From Opitutia bacterium (GTDB lineage: Bacteria > Verrucomicrobiota > Verrucomicrobiia > Opitutales > T3Sed10-336): DNA of 43,912 bases. The notes under the pieces are model-generated. The model searched no databases and had not been told where the DNA came from. It saw only the letters and a list, made by a program, of their open reading frames with translations. The position numbers and the translations under genes were made by a program. Shown here one piece after another: positions 8,722-17,782 of the stretch; the first letter of the stretch is position 1, and the number at the start of each line of letters is the position of its first letter. Where the stretch lies: assembly GCA_050506795.1 (NCBI GenBank), contig JBJHCF010000044.1, forward strand, positions 1-43,912, given 5' to 3'.

Positions 8722-11223
8722 ATGAATAAAAAACCCATGCTGAAAAAAACTCCCTGCGGACGGTCAACTCTGGCGAATCTGGCCTGGTTGACGGTTCTGG
8801 CGGGCGGCCTGATCGCCGCTCCGTCGCTGATGGCTCAACAAGTCACGTTCAAAGCAAACAACACCGATTCCCTCAACCAGGCTTCCTCCTGGGTGGATGG
8901 AATGATCCCCGACAATCGTACCATTGCCGTCTGGGATAACCGGGTGGCTGCCGGGCACAGTGTTTCCCTGGGCGGCACCGTCGAATGGCAGGGAGTACGC
9001 ATCGAGAATCCCGGCGGTCCGATTTCCATCGGCGGCGGCACTCTCGGTCTGCGCGGGGGCGGCATTGATCTGAGCGAAGCGACTCAGAACCTCACCATCG
9101 GCGCCGTGCTTAACCTGACGGCTCCAAATGTTTTCCATGCCGGTCCGGGAAGGACATTGAGCCTTACCGCCTCCCAGCTGGAACGATCTCCTACCGGCGG
9201 TATTCAGTTCTTTGAGGACGACGGGGGCACGATATCGTTGGGTGGCGCATTTACCAACGACTTCATTTGGACCGCATCGTTTGGTCCGATTTATGCGACT
9301 TACAATGGATTGGATTATGCTTTCGACGACGGGGGAACTCTCACTTCCGGCTTTGAAATGTTCCCGGAGGACTACACGCCGAATCCGGGTCAAGACCCCG
9401 AGAATCCCGATGCCCCACCGCACATTCCCACCGGCGGGGATGAGTGGATCTTCCTGGTGGACTTTGTGGATGATTCCACGTTCGGCGTAAGCTCGGGGGG
9501 AGGCAATACGGGCATCCTCAACAGCCGTTTCAATCAGCCGAATACGAACTTCGATGAATGGCAGGCCACTACTTTCGCCACCGGCCGCACGCTTTCCATC
9601 AACTCGATTCTGGTGACTGAGAACGTCGGCGAACAGAATGTGCGTTTTGGCGGACCGGGTTGGGTTCGTATTTCCAACTCTGGTGGCAGCGGAATGCTTA
9701 ATCTGTTCCAGAACAACACCCAGGGCGATCTCATCCTGAGCCCGGGGGCCAGCCTGACCCAGCAGGGCGGCGGGCGCGGCCTGGTAAAACACGGACCGGG
9801 GCGGGTGATCGTGGATGCGGTTGCCGATTATACCGGGGTGACTCATATTGGTGAAGGCACCCTTCGATTCACCGGGCCGATGGCTTCGCAGAATCTGGTG
9901 GAGGTATTTCCCGGCGGGAATTTGGAACTCTGGGGAGCCAGCATGAACGTCAGCACCATCACGCTTCACGACGGCGCCTTGCTCAACGGCTTTGGCGATG
10001 TCCAGGGTACGCGGCAGGCGCAGGTAGGTGAGGACGAGGAAGGCAATCCCATAATGGGGTCGGTCCCCATGCAGATCGTCAATTATGGCGATATCGTTCT
10101 CGACGGCGGCGCGGCGCGGCTGATGCTGGACGGAGACCTGATCAATCACGGGACCGTGACGGTAAGCGATGGCGCATACTTTGCGATCAACGGGGCATTC
10201 GAAAACTACGGCACCTTCGATTACGAGAGCGGATTCGCCACGTTGCCGGAGGAGTTCGTCAACGAAGGCACCATCATTGAGGGACAAGAGGGCCCTCCGG
10301 GACTGCCGGAAGGTTTCCGGATCAATGTCCGCGACTTCACCATTTCCGACGGCCAGGCCACGTTGGTGACCGATTCCCATCCGGGGCTCAATTATGCGCT
10401 TCAGCGTACGGAGACCCTGCGCTTTCCCACCACGGAGCACTACACGGTGACTTCGAGTGCGGATTCGACGCTGGGGAACGACGGGCAGCGCGGTCCGGAC
10501 ACGAATCACGGAGGCAACGCCAACCTTTTCATTCGTAACTACGTCGATGTTCGGGAGCAGGTAGCCATCATGCGGTTCGACCTTTCGGAAGCGCCGGACG
10601 AACTAATGCTGGAGGAAGCGGTTCTCCGTCTGTTCTTCACCGGTCACAATCGGACCCGCACTTTCGAAGTTTGGGGCCTGACCGATGAATCGTTGGACGA
10701 TTGGGATGAAATGGAGGTCACCTACAATAACTTCGGCGGTTTTGTGCCGGATCAGCCGCTCGGCATAAAGGTAGTCGATACCTCGGCCATGCAGTTGCTC
10801 GGTTACGTGCTTGGTCAGGATATCACCCAGGGGGCGCAGCTCTTCTCCACTGAAAATATGGTATCGTCCATCGATCCCGAAGTGGAGGCGGAACCGGCGG
10901 ATCTGAGTGGCTTCCTGGCGGCGGATACCAACGGGCTGGTGACGTTTGTGGTCTTCATGACCGGCACCGACAGCAACGCCACCTATTCCGTGGCCAGCCG
11001 GCAGCATCCCGACCTGGGCACTTTCCACCCGCTGACCGGCAACCTGATCTTCCCGCCAACGCTGGAAATCCCCACTGAGGAATCCTTCCTCGACTGGCAG
11101 ACTTCCGATCCCTGGGTACAGGTGGGCTCGGGTCAGCCGACGTTCGGTGACGACATGACCTTCACGGCTCCGGTGGACCTCAGTCAGCCGCAAGGTTTCT
11201 TCCGAGTGATCATGGAGGATTGA
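8722..11223 (+). CDS. Large secreted protein: autotransporter-associated beta-strand repeat, DNRLRE/CBM96-like domain, C-terminal FFRV domain
   Basis: Signal peptide ending APSLMA; LVKHGPGRVIV...YTGVTHIGEGTL repeat; ADSTL...DTNHG...AIMRFDLS...TYN...PTLEI; ends QGFFRVIMED; start ATG 8722 (track uses GTG 8698). Confidence 0.75.
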   Translation: MNKKPMLKKTPCGRSTLANLAWLTVLAGGLIAAPSLMAQQVTFKANNTDSLNQASSWVDGMIPDNRTIAVWDNRVAAGHSVSLGGTVEWQGVRIENPGGPISIGGGTLGLRGGGIDLSEATQNLTIGAVLNLTAPNVFHAGPGRTLSLTASQLERSPTGGIQFFEDDGGTISLGGAFTNDFIWTASFGPIYATYNGLDYAFDDGGTLTSGFEMFPEDYTPNPGQDPENPDAPPHIPTGGDEWIFLVDFVDDSTFGVSSGGGNTGILNSRFNQPNTNFDEWQATTFATGRTLSINSILVTENVGEQNVRFGGPGWVRISNSGGSGMLNLFQNNTQGDLILSPGASLTQQGGGRGLVKHGPGRVIVDAVADYTGVTHIGEGTLRFTGPMASQNLVEVFPGGNLELWGASMNVSTITLHDGALLNGFGDVQGTRQAQVGEDEEGNPIMGSVPMQIVNYGDIVLDGGAARLMLDGDLINHGTVTVSDGAYFAINGAFENYGTFDYESGFATLPEEFVNEGTIIEGQEGPPGLPEGFRINVRDFTISDGQATLVTDSHPGLNYALQRTETLRFPTTEHYTVTSSADSTLGNDGQRGPDTNHGGNANLFIRNYVDVREQVAIMRFDLSEAPDELMLEEAVLRLFFTGHNRTRTFEVWGLTDESLDDWDEMEVTYNNFGGFVPDQPLGIKVVDTSAMQLLGYVLGQDITQGAQLFSTENMVSSIDPEVEAEPADLSGFLAADTNGLVTFVVFMTGTDSNATYSVASRQHPDLGTFHPLTGNLIFPPTLEIPTEESFLDWQTSDPWVQVGSGQPTFGDDMTFTAPVDLSQPQGFFRVIMED

Positions 11224-11269
11224 GTTCGATACCGGCGCGGTATCGTAATGATATTTTCGATACCGCAGC

Positions 11270-11307
11270 ACAGCCGCGAGGGTTTTGCCTTCGCGGCTGT
11301 TTCGTTT
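11270..11307. terminator. Intrinsic terminator between convergent genes
   Basis: ACAGCCGCGAGGG-TTTTG-CCTTCGCGGCTGT stem-loop followed by TTCGTTT. Confidence 0.65.
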
Positions 11308-12745
11308 ACTCTTCGGTCGGGTTGTCCCCGGCCACGGGTATGACGAGACGAAAAAGGGATCCGGTGGGTCCGGTTTCCACGAGTTCGAGATCCGCTCCCA
11401 AGTGCAGGGCCAGATGGTGGCTGATGGCGAGGCCCAGCCCGGTTCCTTGTGAAAAGCCGCCGGCCCCGGGTTGGAAAAGGTTTTCCCGAACGGGGGCGGC
11501 GATTCCGGAACCTTGATCGCGAACCTCGAACGCAAGAGCGCCGGGTTGTCGGCTGATTTTAAGCAATACCGGCTTTCCGGCAGGATTGGCTTTATGAGCG
11601 TTCTCCAGGAGGTTTACCAGAATGAGAGTGATCAAGTTCGCTTCGCGACTGGACAGCAAAATGGCGTCCTCGGAGCTGTCGGAAAGGTCGTAGGCGACCC
11701 GCACGGCGTCAAAGTCGTGAACCATGCGGGAACGCACCAGTCCGACAAGTTCCTCCAGGCTGACTTCGAACGCCGCTCCCTCCCGTTCTTCTCGGAGGAT
11801 ATTCGTGACACTTTCGATCAGGTTGCGCATTCGTTCGGTTGTTTCCCGGGCGGCTTGCCAGTCGTCCGCATGCGATTCTGCGGACTGGGCACCGGAGGCT
11901 CGAACGAAGTCGTTTAATCCGGCCAGCGGGCTCTTCAGTCCATGAACAAGGTGGGCGGAAACCGCACCAACGGCGGAACTTTTCGCGGCCAACGCCAACT
12001 CCTGATTTGCTTTCAGCAGGCTTTGCGTCCGCTTTTGAAGCAATCGGTTGGCGCGGTTCAAGCGATGAAAGGCTATTCCCGAAGCGATGAGGAATATGAG
12101 ACTGCCGGTGGTGAAAGCGACCCCTGCCTGAAAAAAAAGACTGCGATCCAGGGCCTTGAACTCCTCGGCGATGTGACGGCCGTCCACGGTGTAATAGGCG
12201 ATTGAATCAAGTCGATTGCTTCCAGGCTGATGAATGGGGATAGCCACGTGAAGGAGGGGAGTGGTGACCGGTACGTCGGTGTCCGAAAAAAGCAGAAAGA
12301 TTTCGCCGAGGTCCCCTTCCGATTCGAAAGAACTGGCGGGCGTCAGGTTTGACATTTGTGCCAAAAGCTTTGGCGGCAGTGGCGCCGGTTCGACTTCCAG
12401 GGGCACCGAATCGAGAAAGTTTCCCTGTGCGTCGTACACTCTCACCGCGAGGACGCCTTGCATCCGCGACATCTGGAGCACCGTTGTGAAAATGTCGACA
12501 AAGCGCAACGACTCCGACTGGCCATCGTCGTCGAGCAGCATTTGGGCGACGGCGGTGAAGATCTCCCCGTCCCGGCTCACGATGCGTTCCCGAACATCCT
12601 TGCGGAGGGAAAGCGTGATCGTCAGTACGACCAATCCGAATACCGTCAGGGTAAGAACGATCAGGAGACCCCATGGCCATCGGCTTGCGCGGGTGGAACT
12701 GTCGCCGGTGCCCGGTGTTTTTGAACTGGGGGGATGCTCCTTCAT
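11306..12745 (-). CDS. Membrane sensor histidine kinase (2 TM, HisKA + HATPase)
   Basis: Two hydrophobic helices; H-box AHLVHGLKSPL; N-box NLLENA; DQGSGI and GTGLGL G-boxes. Confidence 0.92.
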   Translation of the reverse strand: MKEHPPSSKTPGTGDSSTRASRWPWGLLIVLTLTVFGLVVLTITLSLRKDVRERIVSRDGEIFTAVAQMLLDDDGQSESLRFVDIFTTVLQMSRMQGVLAVRVYDAQGNFLDSVPLEVEPAPLPPKLLAQMSNLTPASSFESEGDLGEIFLLFSDTDVPVTTPLLHVAIPIHQPGSNRLDSIAYYTVDGRHIAEEFKALDRSLFFQAGVAFTTGSLIFLIASGIAFHRLNRANRLLQKRTQSLLKANQELALAAKSSAVGAVSAHLVHGLKSPLAGLNDFVRASGAQSAESHADDWQAARETTERMRNLIESVTNILREEREGAAFEVSLEELVGLVRSRMVHDFDAVRVAYDLSDSSEDAILLSSREANLITLILVNLLENAHKANPAGKPVLLKISRQPGALAFEVRDQGSGIAAPVRENLFQPGAGGFSQGTGLGLAISHHLALHLGADLELVETGPTGSLFRLVIPVAGDNPTEE

Positions 12746-12788
12746 GATGCGGATGTTTCCCAATGCGGAACGGACGGGTTTTCTGGAA

Positions 12789-13994
12789 TCAGAAGGTGAG
12801 TTCGATTCCAGTCATTACGGTATTCACGTAATAACCGGCATCCCGTTCATTGCTGTCGATCCGTTCATGGTTGCCGGAGGCAAAAACGTCGAATCGGGAG
12901 TTCACAGAATAGACCCCCTTGAACCCGAAATCAACTGCGTTTCGTTTCAGGTTGGGGCCGGAATTGTTTGCTCCGGCGGTTCGTTCACGGTAGTTATACC
13001 GGGAGGCGCGGGCGAATAATTCGCCCCTCCAGGCAGCTTTCTGGTAGCTGATTCTCTGAGTAACGAGCGGGCGAATGAAATCAAAGTAGCCGCCGCCGTT
13101 GTCGTGATTTGCCTCGATACCGATGGAAGTTTTGCTCCGCCACCGTTGCTCCGGATCCCAGGAACGGCTCACCGAAGCTTCGGCCTTCGGAATCACGAAC
13201 TCCAGCCGGCGGCCCGGTATCGGTTCGCCGTTCGCCTCCAGGGCTTCCCGGCCGGCGTAGCGGCGGTGAATCAGGGTGAGGTCCAGTTCAAGATCGGTGC
13301 TTAGGTCGTGGTCATGCTTCCAGGTCAGACCGGCGCCAAGTTCACGGTGGTTATCGAGAGGGCTTCGGAAGAAACTGTAACGGCCGATACCCCGACCGTG
13401 CACCGTCGATGACTCAGTGGCCTGAAAAACGAGACCCGGCTGGAAACCGATCCGTCCCCCGCGTACCCGCAGCGCGTCGAATTGTACCTCTCGGGTGGAA
13501 ATGTCGGTGACCTGATCGAACAGCATGAGATCGAGGGGGAGAATGACGTTCCAATCCGGAGCGGCTTCCAATGTGATTCTGGCGTTCAGGGCGGCCGTCC
13601 TTTCGTCGGAGGCGCTCCCGCCGAGAAACGTTCGGTTTGTGGCAAAAAGAAACAGACTGGTTTCTCGTTCATTCGGATGGGGGGCGCTCCAAAAGAAGAA
13701 ATCCGCACCCGTGTGCAGGAAGGCGTGTCCGTCGCGATTCACACTGCTCAGAAGCACATTGTCGCGGTACCCCAACCCGGCTTCCACCGACAGAAGATAC
13801 ATGCGGCCGGCCCCTGCCGGGTCGTCGTTGAGCCAACCTTCCAGTTCTCGCTCCAAAGCTTCGAACTCCGCCTGCCATTCATCCCACGTTTGATCTTCGA
13901 ACTCGTCGACCGGTTCGGACTGCAGTCGGGAGATCGCAAAGAGAAGAATCAGAAATTGAACGAGAAAAAATCGGCAAGGATGCTCAATGTGCAT
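12789..13994 (-). CDS. Outer-membrane beta-barrel protein
   Basis: Signal peptide, GLGYRDNV start of barrel, alternating beta strands, terminal IELTF (C-terminal Phe). Confidence 0.75.
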   Translation of the reverse strand: MHIEHPCRFFLVQFLILLFAISRLQSEPVDEFEDQTWDEWQAEFEALERELEGWLNDDPAGAGRMYLLSVEAGLGYRDNVLLSSVNRDGHAFLHTGADFFFWSAPHPNERETSLFLFATNRTFLGGSASDERTAALNARITLEAAPDWNVILPLDLMLFDQVTDISTREVQFDALRVRGGRIGFQPGLVFQATESSTVHGRGIGRYSFFRSPLDNHRELGAGLTWKHDHDLSTDLELDLTLIHRRYAGREALEANGEPIPGRRLEFVIPKAEASVSRSWDPEQRWRSKTSIGIEANHDNGGGYFDFIRPLVTQRISYQKAAWRGELFARASRYNYRERTAGANNSGPNLKRNAVDFGFKGVYSVNSRFDVFASGNHERIDSNERDAGYYVNTVMTGIELTF

Positions 13995-14021
13995 GTAAGT
14001 GAGGAGATCTGAGAGTTCAGT

Positions 14022-15530
14022 TTATGGGGAAAGAGTCTGCTTCAGGATTATACTTAGACGGAGGAATTTTCCCGGCGCTTCCGAAGCCGGCATCGTGACC
14101 GTTCCGTACGCCACCGCTGCGGGGTCTTCTTCGATCTGATAGGCGGTTTGTTCCCAGGACACAAGGTTCTCGGACACCTGCGGCACAAACTCCAGATCAC
14201 GCTTCCGCCGGTCGATCGGAAACCGGTATTCGACGGTTCCGTCGGCGCGGTGGAAAAGCTCCGGGTAGGTTTTCGCCGGTTCCCCTGTGATTGGAAGCTC
14301 GAACGCGTAGCGAACCAGGCTGGGTATTCCGTCGCCGAGCGCATCCTCGGAGGGAGATGTCGTTTCCGGGTTCAACCCTTGGAGCTCCAACCACCGGCGA
14401 AAATCCACTGGTTCGCTTCCGCTTCGCCGGGGGTCGGCGCGAAACTGGGGCCAATTGCTTTGCGCCGGGGAAGCGGAGCCGGAATAAGCGTAGAGATTTC
14501 CGTCGAATGAGGAAAAGAAGAAATTACCCTCAGGAGTAAGCAATGGAGCGGCATCGACCCAGTCGCCTGTTTCAACCTTCCAAAGCAGGCTGCCGGAGGA
14601 ATCCACCGAGTGGAGAAATCCGTCTCCCGATCCGATAAGCACCGTGCCATCTTCCGCCACGGCCGGCGATGAGAAAATACCGTCGCCGGTTTGATAGGTC
14701 CATGCTTCGGTTCCGTCCGGTCCCACGGCATACAATCTTCCGTCGCCGGAACCGAAATAAACCGTTCCATCGTTTCCGATGGCAGGGGAGGAGTCGACCA
14801 GGCCGCCGGTTTCGAACGACCACAATAGTCTCGCTTCGGCGGAGAGCGCCGGGTTTGTGTCCAGCGCCAGCAGGTGGTTGCCGGCGCCGAAGTAAACCCT
14901 CCCGGACCCGTCGAGGGCGGGTGACGATACGATTATTTCTCCGGTGTAATACTCCCACTCCCGCAACCCCTGGTCGTTGACGGCGTAGAAAAACCCGTCC
15001 CAGGAACCGAAATACACCGTCCCATCGGTGCCGATGGCCGGAGACGAATCGATCCAGTCGCCGGCGGGAAATACCCAGCGCAGATTCCCCGCCGGATCGA
15101 CGGAATAAAGGAAACTGTCGGCCGATCCGAAATAGATGTTTCCGTTCGGGCCGACGGCCGGTGACGAATAAATGAAATTATCGGTTTCGAACCACCAAAG
15201 GAGATGCCCTTCCGGAGATAGAGCGTAGAGGAAAAAGTCCCAGGAGCCGACGTAGATTGTCCCATCGGCGGAGATCGCGGGCGAGGATTGTATCCAGTCG
15301 TCTGTGGCGAAAGACCAAATCTCGGCGCCCTCATTGGGAGACAGGGCGTAAATCCGGAAATCCTCGGATCCGGCGTAAACGACGCCGTTCCACCCCGCGG
15401 CGGGGGAGGCGGAAAAGGGCGCTTCCCCATTAAAGGCCCATTTTGGGGATTCCGCCAATGCCAACAAGTCGGAGTTGACCGGCGAAAACAGTAAGAAAGA
15501 TGCGATCAAAGCTGAAAGTATTCGATACAT
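14022..15530 (-). CDS. Secreted PQQ-like (BamB-type) beta-propeller repeat protein with verrucomicrobial C-terminal domain
   Basis: About 8 repeats of SSPAIxxDGTVYFGSxDGxLYA...W; WPQFR closure; GDGIPSLVRYAF and FLRLSI at the C-terminus. Confidence 0.88.
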   Translation of the reverse strand: MYRILSALIASFLLFSPVNSDLLALAESPKWAFNGEAPFSASPAAGWNGVVYAGSEDFRIYALSPNEGAEIWSFATDDWIQSSPAISADGTIYVGSWDFFLYALSPEGHLLWWFETDNFIYSSPAVGPNGNIYFGSADSFLYSVDPAGNLRWVFPAGDWIDSSPAIGTDGTVYFGSWDGFFYAVNDQGLREWEYYTGEIIVSSPALDGSGRVYFGAGNHLLALDTNPALSAEARLLWSFETGGLVDSSPAIGNDGTVYFGSGDGRLYAVGPDGTEAWTYQTGDGIFSSPAVAEDGTVLIGSGDGFLHSVDSSGSLLWKVETGDWVDAAPLLTPEGNFFFSSFDGNLYAYSGSASPAQSNWPQFRADPRRSGSEPVDFRRWLELQGLNPETTSPSEDALGDGIPSLVRYAFELPITGEPAKTYPELFHRADGTVEYRFPIDRRKRDLEFVPQVSENLVSWEQTAYQIEEDPAAVAYGTVTMPASEAPGKFLRLSIILKQTLSP

Positions 15531-15607
15531 TTTTCTACCTATGCGGCCATTACCATGCTCAGATCCCAGTAGAAGGGAAGTCCCGGGTCGCGCCTTTCAG
15601 GACGACG

Positions 15608-15636
15608 AAAGCGCAGACGTCAATTGACGTCTGCGC
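15608..15636 (-). terminator. Perfect 26-bp palindrome, probable terminator/processing hairpin after the helical-protein gene
   Basis: GCGCAGACGTCAATTGACGTCTGCGC (15611-15636) followed by TTT on the minus strand. Confidence 0.65.
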
Positions 15637-15705
15637 CTCACATCGTACGGCCGATCCTGCGGTAGGAGAACTTTGGATGGCGTACTTATCGTTCGGTTTT
15701 TTCAA

Positions 15706-16290
15706 TCACTCCCCGGGGTTCCGGCGACGCTCCTCCCGAAGCTCGCGCGCGGCATCACGGATCTGTTGACGCTGCTCCCTGAGTTGATCGACGGCGGCCC
15801 GACGCTCCTCCGGGTCGAGGCCGCCGATTTCCTCCAGTAATTCATTGCGCCTGGCGTGGAACTCCTCGTTCAAGCTTTGAATTTCATCGACGAATGCCGG
15901 GCGCTCAGGCGACGGACGTTCCGGGGTTTCCGGAGGTGTGCCTTCGGGTTGACCCGTTTCTTCCGGCCTTTCCACCACTTCGGGACGCTCCGGATGATTC
16001 TGCTGCATGTAATCGCGGATCCGTTTTCCGAGCTCACGTTGTTCGGCGATTCGTTCTTCCTGCGATTCGATCAGGTCCCGCATCGCGCTGCGACGAGCTT
16101 CTTCATCCAATTCGCGAAGCTCGGCGGCTTTGTCCCGGCGCTCCTGCACCAGCTCGGCCTGGTTGGCGCGGAATTCTTCCACCAGATTTCGGATTTCATC
16201 CGGCGCTACCGGCCTTTCCTCCGCCATCAGTGAAATGCCTGCGGCAAGACTCCCGGCGAGAGTAAGAGTGATTATCTTTTTCAGTTTCAT
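15706..16290 (-). CDS. Secreted/periplasmic highly charged alpha-helical protein with two internal repeats
   Basis: Sec signal MKLKKIITLTLAGSLAAGISLMA; two E/R-rich helical units joined by a Pro/Glu linker; GGAGG RBS. Confidence 0.8.
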   Translation of the reverse strand: MKLKKIITLTLAGSLAAGISLMAEERPVAPDEIRNLVEEFRANQAELVQERRDKAAELRELDEEARRSAMRDLIESQEERIAEQRELGKRIRDYMQQNHPERPEVVERPEETGQPEGTPPETPERPSPERPAFVDEIQSLNEEFHARRNELLEEIGGLDPEERRAAVDQLREQRQQIRDAARELREERRRNPGE

Positions 16291-16381
16291 CTGTTCCTCC
16301 TGTTATTTGTGTTACTGTTTTCGAGAATGCGAATTAAGTTGTTTGTTGGCAGGTCAGCCACCGCCCGGGCAATGTTGAATA

Positions 16382-16398
16382 AGCAGCCGCCGTGCCAG
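16382..16398 (-). promoter_or_regulatory. Sigma54 (-24/-12) promoter
   Basis: Minus strand CTGGCACGGCGGCTGCT: TGGCACG-N4-cTGCT with exact GG-N10-GC spacing, about 90 bp upstream of ATG 16290. Confidence 0.85.
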
Positions 16399-16466
16399 GT
16401 GGGAAGTGAATGATTTAAGTGTCTTTCTGTTAGGTACATGAGGTGAATTATCTATCCCGGAGCGCC

Positions 16467-16533
16467 CGGCGGAAATTCCCGGAAATGGGGGAATACCCCC
16501 AATGGTTCCTCCGCCTCTGGGGACTTTTCCCCG
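16467..16533. promoter_or_regulatory. Putative enhancer (UAS) inverted repeats for a sigma54 activator
   Basis: TGGGGG-AATA-CCCCCA (16486-16501), GGGGA-CTTT-TCCCC (16519-16532) and a weaker GGCGGAAATTCCCG, about 70-135 bp upstream of the -24 element. Confidence 0.55.
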
Positions 16534-16872
16534 ATGCCGGCCTTTCGCGTTCCGTATCGATTAAAAGGAGCGGTTGAGGGATCGGGATTTCCTGCAGGCG
16601 GATTTTTTTACCTAAGGTTTACCTTGTATCCGAATTTCAAGTATGCTACTGGATTAGAGTGTTGTTTGTTTGGTGGGGCGGTCATTGTTCATGGCTTAGT
16701 CGTGCGGAGGCTTGTCTGCCACGAATTGGATACACTCGAGCGTTTTGTTGGTGAAAGATCGGTTCGATGGGTCATTCCGACGGGTTGTTCGAGTGGGTAC
16801 ATTGATCGCGGATGACGGGGACTCCGATTGTTTTAACCGCGTTATTGTCGCCCGGCGACAGAAGGTAATAAA

Positions 16873-17775
16873 ATGAACAGGATTGCAGTAAGATCACTCA
16901 CCATTTCCACCCTTGCCGCAGCGGTTTTCCTCGCGGGCTTGACGCCGACCGCGGAGGGAATCGTGGTTCGCCACGACGTGGACGACCAGGAGTACATCGA
17001 CTTCGGCGCCCAGTTTCCCAGTGTGGGAATGTTTTCCAACAACGGAAACATTCGCGGCAGCGGGGTGTTGATCTCCAGTGACGGAACGGGGCAGTCGCGC
17101 TGGGTGTTGACCGCGGCGCACCTTTCCACGCCCAATGAATTTACCATCGGCGACTCGCTTTATACGGTGAGCGAATTCATTCGGCATCCGGACTGGGATG
17201 CCAACGGCGGCCCCCTGGCGACCGGAGTGGAGAACGATATCGCGCTGGCCCGTTTGGACGCCGCGGTCAGCGGGGTCACTCCTTCGTCCTGGCATACCAA
17301 TGACAGCGATATTTTGACCGGCCTTGAGGTTGTATCCGTTGGCTTTGGACGTTCCGGTACGGGTTTGACCGGGGGGAGTGGCGCGTTCGGCACCAAACGG
17401 GCGGCTGAGAATACTATCAGCACGCTCGGCGCGCCAAGTCCGCTTACGCCGCCGGCTACGGCCTTTGAGTACGTATTTCACTCCCCGGACAATCCGCTCG
17501 CCCGGGCACTGGAGGGAATCGGCGCGCTCTTTGACAGTGGCGGACCGGTGTTCGCGGATTTCGGAGACGGGTTCGTGGTGGTGGGAATCCATTCCTACGT
17601 GCGCAACAATGACGGAAGCCAACACCTGGGAACGTACGGCGACGATATGGGCTCGACCCGGGTTCCGCTTTTCGATGACTGGATTACGGCGACCGTTCCC
17701 GAGCCGAACGTTGTTGGTCTTGGGGCCGGACTGGCGGTCCTGCTGACCGTGGTCTATTGGCGCCGGCGGCGTTGA
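16873..17775 (+). CDS. PEP-CTERM-sorted trypsin-like serine protease
   Basis: Signal peptide; WVLTAAH, NDIALARL, DSGGP catalytic triad motifs; C-terminal VPEP + TM helix + WRRRR. Confidence 0.92.
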   Translation: MNRIAVRSLTISTLAAAVFLAGLTPTAEGIVVRHDVDDQEYIDFGAQFPSVGMFSNNGNIRGSGVLISSDGTGQSRWVLTAAHLSTPNEFTIGDSLYTVSEFIRHPDWDANGGPLATGVENDIALARLDAAVSGVTPSSWHTNDSDILTGLEVVSVGFGRSGTGLTGGSGAFGTKRAAENTISTLGAPSPLTPPATAFEYVFHSPDNPLARALEGIGALFDSGGPVFADFGDGFVVVGIHSYVRNNDGSQHLGTYGDDMGSTRVPLFDDWITATVPEPNVVGLGAGLAVLLTVVYWRRRR

Positions 17776-17782
17776 ACGGGAT

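Noticed and set aside
8764..10509. 581-aa minus-strand ORF and similar long antisense ORFs (e.g. 1602-2435, 16894-17907, 18065-18964, 27151-28011, 40786-41799)
   Set aside because: They shadow well-supported genes on the opposite strand, lack motifs, and are expected in high-GC DNA
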